From: the human T2T-CHM13v2.0 reference genome, Homo sapiens
Assembly (NCBI RefSeq): GCF_009914755.1
Contig: NC_060925.1
Direction: 5' to 3' (one strand)
DNA: 64,000 nt
The notes below the pieces were generated by a model. The model did no database searches. It was not told the DNA's origin and saw only the letters and a list, made by a program, of their open reading frames with translations. This document shows positions 25,308 to 39,125 of this stretch, one piece after another. Every line of letters begins with the position of its first letter. Position 1 is the stretch's first letter. The position numbers and the translations under genes are program-made.

Positions 25308-27570
25308 CAGGCATACCTCATTTTATTGTACTTTGCTTTATTGTGCTTTGCATTACATTTTGTATAAATAGATGGTTTATGGCAACCCTGCATTGAGCAA
25401 GTCTATCAGTGCCATTTTTGCAATAGTATATATGCACTTTGTTTCTCTATGTCAGTCACATTTTGGTAATTCTTAAAATATTTTAAATTTTTGTATTATT
25501 ATTATATCTGTTTTGATGAACTGTGATCAGCAATCTTTGATATTATCATTGTAATTGTTTGGTGGCAACATAAACTGCACCCGTATAAGACAGCAAACTT
25601 ATTCCATAAGGGCTGTGTGTTCTATTGGCTCTAACGACCAGCCATTCCTCATCTCTTTCCCTGTCTTTGGGTCTCCCTATTCCCTATTTGGGCCTTCCTA
25701 TTCCCAAAGACACAACAATATCAAAATTAGGCCAATTAATAACCTACAATGGCTTCCAAGTGTTCAAGTGAAAGGAGGAATTATGTCTCTCATTTAAAAT
25801 AAAAAACTGGGAATGATTAAACTTAGTGAGAAGGTCATGTCAAAAGCCAATAAAGGCTGAAAGCTAGGCCACTTGCACTAAAAAATTAGCCAAGTTGTGA
25901 ATGCAAAGTAAAAGTTTTTTTTAAAAAATTAGAAGTGCTACTCCAGTAAACACATGAATGAGAAGAAAGCAAAACAGCCTTGTTGCTGATATGAAGAAAG
26001 TTTGAGTGATCTGGATAGAAGATCAAACTAGCCACAACATACCTGTAAGCCAAATCCAAATCTAGAGAAAGCCCTAATTCTCTTCAGTCCTATGAAGGCT
26101 GAGAGAAGTTAAGGAAGCCACAGAAGAAAAGTTTGAAGACAACAGTGTTTGGTTTTTGAGGTTTAAGGAAAGAAGACATCTCAATAACACAAGTTTAAGG
26201 AGGAAGGGGCAGCAATTTTTCCAGAAAATTCAGCTGAGGTAATTGATGAAGGTGGTTATACTAAACAACAGATTTTTAATGTAGATGAAATGCCTTCTAT
26301 TAGAGGAAACACCATCTAGGACCTTCATAGCTAGGAGGAGAAGCCAACTCCTGGGTTCAAAGCTTCAAAGGGCAGGCTGACTCTCTTGTTAGGGGTTAAT
26401 GCAGCAGTGGATTTAATGCTCATTTATGTAGGATTCTGAAAATCCTATGGCCCTTAAGAGTTTTTTGTTTCCAAAATATTACTGCTCATTGACAATGCAC
26501 CTCATCACCCAAGATCTCTGATGGAGAGGTATAAGAAGATTAATGTTTTCATGCCTGCTAACACAACAGCCATTCTGCAGCCCACAGATCAAGGAGTAGC
26601 TTTGACTTTCAAGTCTTATTATTTAATAAATACATTTTTTACATTTGTAGCTGCCTTAGATAGTGATTTATCTGATGGATCTGGGCAAGATAAATTGAAA
26701 ACCCTTGGAACGGATTCACCATTCTCAATTAAGAACATTCATGATTCATGGCAGAAGGTGAAACTATCAACATTAATAGAAGTTTGGAAAAACTTGATTC
26801 CAACACTCATGGGTGACTCTAAGGGGTTCAAAACCCCAGTTCAGGAAGTCACTGCTGATGTGATAAAAATAGCAAGAGAAATAGAATTAAAAGTGGAGCC
26901 CAAAGATGTGTCTGAATTGTTCCATCTCATGCTAAAACTTGAATAAATGAGGAGTTTCTTTCTGTGGTTGAGCAAAAAAAGTGGTTTCTTGAATTGGAGT
27001 CTGCTTCTCTTGAAGATCCTATAAATACTGTTGAAATGATAGCAAAGAATTTAGAATGTGACATAAACTTAGCTGACAAAGCAGTGGCAGGGTTTGAGAG
27101 GATTGATCTTAATTTTTAAAAAAGTTCTACCGTGGGTAAAATATTATCAAACAGCATCAAATGCTACAGTCAAATCTTTTGTGAAGGGAAGAGTCAATCA
27201 ATGTAGCAAACTCTATTGTCTTATTTTGTGAAATTGCCACAGCCACTGCAAACTTTAGCAACTACCATCCTAATCAGTCAGCAGCTATCAATACCGAGGC
27301 AAAGCACTCCACCAGCAAAAAGATCATGACTCGTTGAAGGCTTGGAAGACTGTTAGCATGTATTAGCAATAAAATATTTTCAAATTAAGGTGTGTATGTT
27401 GTTTTTAAAGACATACTGCTATTGCACATTTAATAGATTATAGTATAACATAAACATAGCTTTTATATGCACTGGGAAACTAAAATGTTTGTTTGACTCA
27501 CTTTATTGCAATATTTGCTTTATTGAGGTGGTCTGAAAACTGAACCTTCAATATTTCCATGGTGTAACTC
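25308..27570 (+). mobile_element. Tigger1 DNA transposon, near full length, transposase pseudogenised
   Basis: TA followed by TIR caggcatacctc at 25308; transposase start atggcttccaagtgttcaagtgaaagg at 25749; IFNVDE and DNAP motifs; ORF 26521-26946 (FMPANTTAILQPTDQG); degenerate right TIR aatatttccatggtgtaac. Confidence 0.93.
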
Positions 27571-27599
27571 ATATTATACTACTTGATCTGTCCTTTTCA

Positions 27600-30170
<2,571 letters not shown>

Positions 30171-30484
30171 AATTCTCTTTGTAATTTATTTTTATATTAC
30201 TAGTTCTTTGCAAAGTAATTCACACATTTCAAGCATTCAATAATTAAAACATTTAATGCATGCAATATTCATGTATGCATGCCCAAGTCCTCCACAATTG
30301 ACTAGCACAGCAGGAACACCATACAGCAGCAGAATGGGTTAGCATATCATGACACTATATATCACTTCCATGTTAAGACTGTTACTAAATTCTAGTCTTT
30401 CTGTTCTACAGTTCTTTTCTACCATCTACAGAAGGATCTTGGATTAAACTTAAAAATATAATGTGCTTCTAAGTTTCATGATAA

Positions 30485-30703
<219 letters not shown>

Positions 30704-31140
30704 TAACTAAGAATTTTTTACCCTTGTAGATTTTTTTTTTTTTTTTTTTTAGTTTCGCTGACCTTTACCCAACCCAAACAGCTGAAGATCCTGCTTTCAC
30801 TACTTTGGAAAGGGAGAACAACAAGGTGAAGATAAAAAATAATCAAACGCTTGTCTAAAACATAGACGCTTGGGAAAAACAGCACATTCAGAAGAGCACA
30901 TTATCAATGAGAGCCAATATTTCACCCATTTGAAGACTAGAAAAGTTTTCTTGAGTTGGGTGGCACAATAGAGTTTAGAAGCTGGCTGGTGCAACTCTGT
31001 GAAGTGATCTTGTGCACTATTATCCTCAACTCTGGTCTAAAATCTGGCAGTTGGGCTGATGTACAGGAACCCCAGAGAGCCTTCATCTCTGGGTACAGCA
31101 CAAGAAGCAAACAAAATTTTGTAATGTCCATTATCTAGTA

Positions 31141-31314
31141 TAGTGGTCCCCAATGTTTTTGGTACCAGGGACCAGTTTTATGGAAGACATTTTTTCCATG
31201 GATCTGGGAGGGGGGATGGTTTCAGGATGATTCAAGCATATTACACTTATTGTGCACTTTATTTCTACTATTATTACATTGTAATATATAATGAAATAAT
31301 TATACGACTCACCA
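31141..31314 (+). mobile_element. MER1 (hAT-Charlie), left half only
   Basis: gtggtccccaatgtttttggtaccagggaccagttttatggaagac...ggtttcaggatgattcaagc...aatgaaataattatacgactcacca. Confidence 0.88.
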
Positions 31315-31515
31315 CAGTTTCTTTATCCACTCATTGATTGATGGGCATTTGGGTTGGTTCCATGTTTTTGCAATTGCGAATTGTACTGCTGTAAATATAC
31401 GTGTGCAAGTATCTTTTTTCTTATAATGACTTCTTTTCCTCTGGCTAGATATCCAGTAGTGGGATTGCTGGATGAAATGGTAGTTCTACTTTTAGTTATT
31501 TAAGGAATCTTCACA
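31311..31515 (-). mobile_element. L1PB-type ORF2 C-terminal fragment
   Basis: cacagtttctttatccactcattgattgatgggcatttggg...agtagtgggattgctgga...taaggaatcttcaca. Confidence 0.88.
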
Positions 31516-32254
31516 GGAGACCTTTAGATAGCCCCTCTGAGTTTCTTATTGCCCCAGAAGAGTGAAGTAGCATTTGAGAAGGATAGGGCCGCCACGGAGA
31601 GAGAGTAAACAAGACCTGGAGAAGCCTTGTGACCTGGAAATGGAAGAAAGCTGCAGTGATCCATGTGTACTGCTGATTGAACACTAGGCAGTAACATCTA
31701 ATGGAATGCCAGTATGTAGTTTTGATGACATTCAAGGATTAGACATGCTGTTTCACTGCTCCCTTCTGCTCTCACTAAAGAAATTCCTTGGAATGTAGAC
31801 ATAGCTTGGAGATAAAATGAAAGAACCCAAATTATCTGAAAATGTGGGTACCCATATATGGTGGAATGGGGGCTCAAAGTATAATTGAAGGCCACTTATG
31901 TAAAGTAGTGCTGTATTACTGACACATTTAATTTTTGCACTGATATATGTAGTTACTGTGCATGTAAAAAATATTGTTTCTTAGAATATCTGCAACAGAT
32001 ATCAATATGCTTATAAATGTAATAACATTAAAAATATTCTCCTGGGTATATAAATATATAAATGGATTTTAACTCGAAAAGAAAAATGGTCCCTCTTATG
32101 AAGTATATTTTAGTTGACAATCTAGCTCTAGTGCATCCCAATTATTCCACAACACTTTACCCTGATATCCTTGGATCAACCTGAATCACAATATAAGCCA
32201 AAACAAGGTGTGCAGATGAGCTGCTTATGCAACATATAACAGTGCATGATGGTT

Positions 32255-32455
32255 CTGCCTCTGTGGTCACACATTCCTGGCTTGAAATTCAGCACTGTCA
32301 CTTGTCTACTGTGAGAACTTGGGCAAGTCACTTATCTCTAAGTTTCACTTTGTCATCTCTCAACATGGGTAGTACCAACCATAGGGTTCATGCAAGGACC
32401 AACTATGATAATACATGTAAAGCCCCTGACTTACAAATACATGTTCAATAAATAA
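32255..32455 (+). mobile_element. MIR SINE
   Basis: tgtgagaacttgggcaagtcactt...atagggttcatgcaagg...catgtaaagc...ttcaataaat. Confidence 0.7.
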
Positions 32456-33469
32456 TGATCACAAAAACATGATTATGTTACAAAAGGGACCCAAATGATC
32501 AAATATACTGAATCATGGGCCAACCAGAATGTTGCCATTATGTAGTCCAGGTTGGAAAAATGTATTTTTCTGTTTTTGTGCCTGTTTTCATTTTCTCCTT
32601 TTCCCAATATATTATGCTTTTCTTTCTCTCCTCCCTCCCTCCTTTACTTCTTTAATTTTTTATTTCTCCCTTCTTGCCTTTTTATTATAAAAATTATACC
32701 CAAAAGTAGATAGAATGGTATAGTGACCTCATGTATCCATGACTTAGCTTCCATATTTACCAGCCCTTTGTCAATTTCTAGACCCTTTCCTATCTTCAAG
32801 TTTACATTCCTCCATTTATACCATGTCTTTTTCTTTACCTTCACTGGTATATAAATATTTCTCTATAAATTTATTCACCAGAACTCACTTGTTGGCACTT
32901 GACTGAAACAGATCTAGGTCCTTAATGTTTGAACCATACTTGAGCTATAAAGAACTAACATGTTCACTGTTTTTAGTGTAAAAAAAACCCTCAGTTCTCT
33001 GACTCTTCAACTCTTGGCAATCTGTGCCAGTTTTTCTTAGCTTCATCAAGCTTATGAAATGCCAAAAGGTGAACATCTGTGACCTAGAGTTTATGTTAGT
33101 GATAAAATAGTGATTTTACTGTATATTTGTGTTTTCCTGAGATGAGATTATTTACAATTTAAATGTAGTTTTTAATTGATATTTTACTTCCATTTCCATG
33201 TAACATAAAATTTTAAAACTCTTGCAAATTAGTATTTCATGTACAATTAGAACTATGACAGTTGTACCTGTAATTTATGCCAAACTATGCATAAATTATG
33301 CAACAACTATGATAAGAAGTCAGAAGATAAAAATTTTAAAAGACACTTATAAGCATTTATTTCAAGTAATACATTATTTTTTTAATTTGCAAACACTGTA
33401 TTACAAGAACATGTTTTAATTTTTAACTGATTTATTGAATATTAAAATGAAGGAATCTTAATCTTGTCA

Positions 33470-34620
33470 TTTATACATTTATTAATGTAATATGCATCTG
33501 TTGACTAGAACTAGGTGTCAGGTACGGCACTAGGCATAAGAAAATAAAAGTGAATAAGATATTCTCTGTGGTCAAGGACCTCACAGTTCAGGGAGTAAAT
33601 AACTGAAGAACGAAGAGGAGTTTGTCAGGTGAAGATAGAGGAAGGATATTCGGGGGAGTAGGCAGAGTATGTGCAAAGGCTTGAAGAAATAAAAAGATGG
33701 TCATTTTTGGAAATTATAAATAAATACTTGAAGACAGGTACCATGTCTAGTTGCTCACTGTTGTATCTTTAGCACATAACATCATAGCAATTCAATTAAT
33801 ATTTACTGAATTGAGTAATTAATAATACACTAGTAGATAAAGTTGAAAACCACTTATGAATGGTTCTACAGGCCATAATACTGAGTTGAGATTTCATCTT
33901 ATAGTCCAGCAGTCACTGAAATATATTCTATGGAATATCAACTCTTTAAAAAGCTAAGAGGGATTAAGTAGTCAAAAAGAAACATTGGTTATACACATTT
34001 AAGTAATTTCTTTTTTACTTCAAGGCTCCACAGATGTTAGTATGCTGATGTTGATTGTGATACCTAAGACAGATTTTTACTAAACTCTGTTTCCCAAACT
34101 TCTGTGACTGAGAAACTCCTAACACCTGTTCATACCCTGCCCATAGGGCCTGGTATTATGTGCACTGGCAAGGCTTCTAGGCAACAGGGATCCATAGCTG
34201 TTGTTTAGAAAAAATATTTTGGTGCAGAGATTAATTGCAAGAGGGTAGGTTTGTAGTTGGGGAGAGCCCCTGCAGATTATTGTCATTGCATAGGTAAGAA
34301 ATGCTGAAGCCTGAATGTTGACATTACCAGCGAGAAGCTAGGGGATGTAACTAAATTGATGGGGAGTTACTAGAGAAAGCACCTTGGATGATTTTCAGGT
34401 TTCTATCTTGGTATGGAGATGCCAGTAAAAAAAAGGATATAGATTTTAGAATAAGAAGGAGTCCCGGTGGAAAGTGTAACACAATCAGTTTTAGGCAATT
34501 ATGTTTAAAGTTCAAGTGGACAGCCTGAATTAACGATGCAGATTATAGTTACATATATTGGTCTGGATATCAGAAGAGACTAGAGATCACAGTGAAAAAT
34601 CTTGGAATGGCTTTTGTGGA
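33470..34620 (-). mobile_element. Cluster of L2 fragments, mostly antisense, with other old inserts
   Basis: tgtcaggtacggcactaggc...tcaaggacctcacagt; atgtgcaaaggcttg; ggatgattttcaggtttct. Confidence 0.55.
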
Positions 34621-34682
34621 GCTACTCGGAATGTGTTTCCTCTTTGCTCAATAGTCATTTACATATTTGAAGTCAGCTATCA

Positions 34683-35031
34683 TCTTGGTCAGTTTAGGTT
34701 GCTGTAACAAAGTACTATAGATTGAGTGTCTCAGAAACTTCAGACATTTGTTTTTCACAGTTCTTCAGGCTGGAACTGTAAGATCACAATGTCAGTGTGG
34801 TTGAGTTCCAGTGAGGCTCCTCTTCTGTACAGCAGACTGCTATCTTCTCCTTGTGTCCTCACATGGCATTTCTCTGGGGTCCCTTTTATATAGGCTCTAA
34901 TCCCTTTCATGAGGCTTCCACCCTCATGTCCTAAGTACCTCCCAAAGGCCTCACCTCCTAATGCCATCAAATTAGGGATTAGGATTTCAACATATGAATT
35001 TTGGGGACACATACATTTAGTCCGCTTTAGC
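34683..35031 (-). mobile_element. MLT1A-type MaLR solo LTR
   Basis: ggttgctgtaacaaagtac...tcacagttcttcaggctgg...acctcccaaaggcctcacctcctaatgccatc...ggatttcaacatatgaattttgggg. Confidence 0.88.
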
Positions 35032-36009
35032 TATCATAGCACCCTTAAACCTTTTCTTCTTTAGGCTGCATAAGCCCAGTTGCTGCAAATATTCCCAGCA
35101 TGAAATCATATCTGCACCATTTCCTCATGCAGTTCCTTCCTCTGAATGCGCTATAAATAATCAATGTTTCTCCTAGAATGTGGTGCCTTACTGAACCTTG
35201 TATCATACAATTTCACATATTATTACTTCACTGAATATCTTTTTCCTCTATTGTCATTATCTCCTTATTCAAACTTGCTCTAAGCCATTAACTTCTACCC
35301 AATCCTCAAGCATCCATACCCCTTGAATTATAACCCCTCTCCAGTAAACTACCACCACATGAGATTTCTCCATTGTCTGCCTTTGGACAGATAATATTTT
35401 TGCTTAGCCTTGCTTGACTTTAGAGTTGAGCCTTCCTGTTGGAACTACTTTTTGTTTTCTACCTGTCCTTGTGCATGTGATGTTTCAAACTGTTTCTTGC
35501 TCCCAGCAGCATCATTCAAGTCTGACCTTGTGTTATATTATGCTGGGTCTGCAGCCAACAGTTTATTCTGTGTATCTTTACACCTGACCTTAGTTATAGT
35601 GTGTCCATCCATGATCCTCTACTTGCACCAACCAGCATGTCACATTCATCCAGGAGAAGAGGTTAGATATGGTTGTATGCCAATTTCTTAAGAGCAGGAG
35701 CCAAATGTCATTCTTTGTATTCCCAGGGTCTAGCACCATGCCTGACACCTATTGACAATGATATTTAGTAGGTGGATGGATGGGTGGGTTGGTGATTATA
35801 AGAAAGTGCTCTGCTTCTGACCATTTAATATATGACATTTTATCCTTCTACATAAAGTTTTGCTTGAAAAAGAGTTCTTATGTTAAACCTGTTAAAACAC
35901 TAGTGCTCTTAGGAAATGCTTTGATTAACAAAGTTAATTTTCTTTCATAAAACTTGGGAAGGAGAGATAACTGCAGGGAATATTCAGGCATTTTCTTTTT
36001 TTATATTTA

Positions 36010-36200
36010 TTTATCTAAATTTTTGGAGGAGCTACTACATGTGAGCACCAGCTTTGGCATTTTACATTTAATTTTCACATTACCTTGTGAGTTATATATT
36101 ATTCTTCTCAATATACAGATAAGAAAAATTAAAGCTCAGAGAGCTTAAGTGGCCAAAGCTGATGAATGGTGAAGGTGAAATCATGTTCCAGTTCTTTTAA
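36010..36200 (-). mobile_element. MIR SINE
   Basis: atacagataagaaaaattaaagctcagagagcttaagt, antisense core. Confidence 0.6.
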
Positions 36201-36879
36201 CTCTTATTCATTGTTTCTTCTTTACATTCTGGAGCATGTTCTCAGTGTCTTTAATGAGTGCTATGTCACATACACTAATTATTTCCTTTTATTTGTATGT
36301 TTTCTTAACTTGAAAGGCGGCAAATGAGAGGCTATAAAATATCTGAGAATTTGTGTTACAGGAAAATTGATTATTTCTTAGGAATTGGATGCTCTAATTA
36401 CTTTCCTGAAGAAGAACTTCTAAGATAAATCATGTTATTGGTTCCACTAATGATGTAATAAGAAGGTACAATGCTAGAGTAACTCAAAACATTATATTTT
36501 TATCATTGTCATTTTATAATGTAGAGAAGAGTTAATGTTGATACATACAGCTATAAAAGGATGCGTTTTATTGAAGTATTTCAGATTGAAGATAGGGAAA
36601 ATGAAGAGTTGTTGACTGATAGAACCTAAATAAATATATTAAAGCACAACTGTGAAATATTACCATATAAAATGAACTCTTGCCTGGTTAAATGTGATGT
36701 TTTGTTTCAGGAGTGGACTCTAAAGTGATTGATAATAGTTTAATGCTTAAAATTTTTGTCAAGGTCTAGGAAATAAAGGAATAGTTAACATTCCACAATT
36801 CATCAACTATAATGAACTTAATACATTCCTACCATTTATTATCTATTATCTATTAGCTGCTCCATCTCATATTTCTACT

Positions 36880-37035
36880 TATTCTTCCCAACAACCTTAG
36901 GAAGGAACTGTACATTTTATTGTAGAGAAAAATTGAGGCTCAGAGAGACTAACTTTCCAATGATTCCCCATTTGAAGTTGAGATTTAAACCAAGATCTGA
37001 CCTAATGTACACATTTAATCTCCATTCAATACTGC
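36880..37035 (-). mobile_element. MIR SINE
   Basis: cccacaacaaccttagg...gaaaaattgaggctcagagagactaac...gatttaaaccaagatctgac. Confidence 0.6.
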
Positions 37036-37345
37036 TTCTTGGGCATTAATCATACTTTGAATATGGGGCACTACTTTTTCCAAATTCTCTTATTTGATAA
37101 CTCTAATGTTCATAATAATGAAAAAAATTAATTTTTCAGCTAAGAGAATAAAATAATTATCAACTTTCTCCAGTTAGCTATTTAAACTTTCTACTTCATT
37201 ACTGTAGATCTCTATGCAATACTTATTGGTATTATATGTTGGGGTTTAAATAAGATGTTTATTTTGTGTAGAAAAGCAAAAGTGGCTAAGGAGGTTTTGT
37301 TCTGGATTGCTCTGTGGATTTTGTTGATAAAACTTTTGGACTAAC

Positions 37346-38030
37346 GGGGCTTCAAGATGGTTGACTAGAAACATCTGGGTCTTCCCTCCTCCACAAAGAG
37401 GACTCAAACTAGTGAGTAGATAATCGCACTTCAATTAGAGCATCTAAGAAAGAACAATGGAATTCAACAGAGAAGTGATAGGAAACACCTGAAGAAGAGA
37501 AGAAAGGCGAAGTCAGGCAGCCGGTTTGGCTGCAATTGGAGACTCCCCAGTGCAAGAAAAGGATGGGTGAGAGATTCTAGTGGGCCACATTTTCACTATG
37601 GACCCCTGCAACTCTAGCCACGAGAGAGCCTCTAGACCCTCGTGGGCCCTGAGAATAGCATAGGGAACTTCATGAAGATCGCACAATGGCATTGCTCCAG
37701 AGAGGTAGCTCACACTGGGTCCTGCACACTTCCTGAGACCTAACTAGCTTGCAGCATAGCACCATTTTGAGATCCCAGCCCAGTGTGCACTAGACCGCAT
37801 CCTGCCCTAGGGCCCAACAGCCCCTGTGTCTCCATATCTCTGAAGTCCTACTGACATCTCCTCACATCCACCCAGAGTGTAGCAGAGGTACGACACTGCA
37901 GGGTCCCCAGCACCCTAGCTCATGCAGTGCCCTATGCCTGAGGAATGGGTGGTGCAGTACACTGGGGAGGCTGCCCCTGGGACAAAAGGAACCAAAGCGT
38001 ACAACTCTGGAGCCTGAGAGCAGTCTGCCT
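37346..38030 (+). mobile_element. L1 (L1M/L1PB-era) 5'UTR fragment
   Basis: Starts ggggcttcaagatggttgactagaaacatc, the same type of 5' motif as at 5181; GC-richer UTR-like sequence including gccattttgaga and ctgggacaaaaggaa (shared with 5815). Confidence 0.75.
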
Positions 38031-38359
38031 CAGAACATTCTCCAGGCTACCCCATATGGTTACATATATATATTTCAATGCATGTCCTCAACAGTGTTTT
38101 CATTGTTGAGTAGTTTAAGTTCTTTGTACACTCTGGATAGTAGTCTATTGTCAGATGAATAATCTGCAAATATTTTCTTCCCTTCAACCGATGGTCTCTT
38201 CACTTTGTTGTTTTCTTTGCTGTGCAGAACTTTTTAGTTTAATATAGTCCCATTTGTCTATTTCTTGTTGTTGTTGCCTGTGCTTTTCAGGTCTTAACCA
38301 TAAAGTCTTTGCCTAGACCAGTGATCTGGAGTGTCTCCACTATTCCTTTCTCTTTTGGA

Positions 38360-38646
38360 TTTTTTTTTTTTTTTTTTGAGATGAAATCTTGCTCTGTCAG
38401 CCAGGCAGTGGCACGATCTTGGCTCACTGCAACCTCCGCCTCCCAAGTTCAAGCGATTCTCCTGCCTCAGCCTCCCGAGTAGCTAGGATTACAGGCATGT
38501 GCCACCACACCCAGCTAATTTTTGTATTTTTAGTAGAGACGGGGTTTCGCCATGTTGGCCAGGCTGGTCTCGAACTCTTGACCTTGTGATTTGCCCTCAG
38601 CCTCCCAAAGTGCTGGGATTACAGGCGTGAGCCACCCCTCCAGGCC
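38360..38646 (-). mobile_element. AluS (Sg-like) inserted in L1
   Basis: Full dimer with small deletions; gaccttgtgat 2-bp deletion; approximate TSD tctctttt(g/t)gat. Confidence 0.9.
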
Positions 38647-39017
38647 CTCTCTTTTTGATCTTAAGTCTTCAGTCCATCTTAAACTGATTTTTGTATATGG
38701 TGAAAGATAGGCTGCTAGTTTCACTCTTCTGCATGTGGATATCCACTTTTCCCATCGCCGTTTATTGAAGAGGGTGTCCTTTCGCCAATGTATGTTTTTG
38801 AGGCCTTTGTAAAAAGTCTGTTGGCTGTAAAAACATGGGTTTATTTCTGGGCTTTCTATTCTGTCCCTTTGGTTTATGTGTCAGTGTTTATGCCAATATT
38901 TTGGCATAAAAATATTATTATTATTTTGATTACTATAGCTATGTAATATAATTTGAAGTCAGGTAGTGTGATGCCTCCAGGTTTATTCTTTTGGCTTAAG
39001 ATTGCTTTGGATATTTG

Positions 39018-39125
39018 TTTTCTGGTCCTATAAAAAATTTTATGATTTTTTCTTTTCTGGTTCTATACAAATCTTATGATTTTTTTTTCTTTTCTGGTTC
39101 TATAAAAACTTTATGATTTTTTTTC
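39018..39125. repeat. 3 x ~36-bp tandem repeat inside L1 ORF2
   Basis: Unit ttttctggt(c/t)ctata(a/c)aaa..ttatgat(t)nc occurs three times. Confidence 0.85.

Noticed and set aside
26521-26946. 141-aa DDE transposase ORF as a domesticated gene
   Set aside because: Residual frame in a Tigger1 copy that has upstream stops, frameshifts and a deletion.
39018-39125. CRISPR-like ~36-bp repeats
   Set aside because: Units are directly tandem without unique spacers and derive from L1 in primate DNA.
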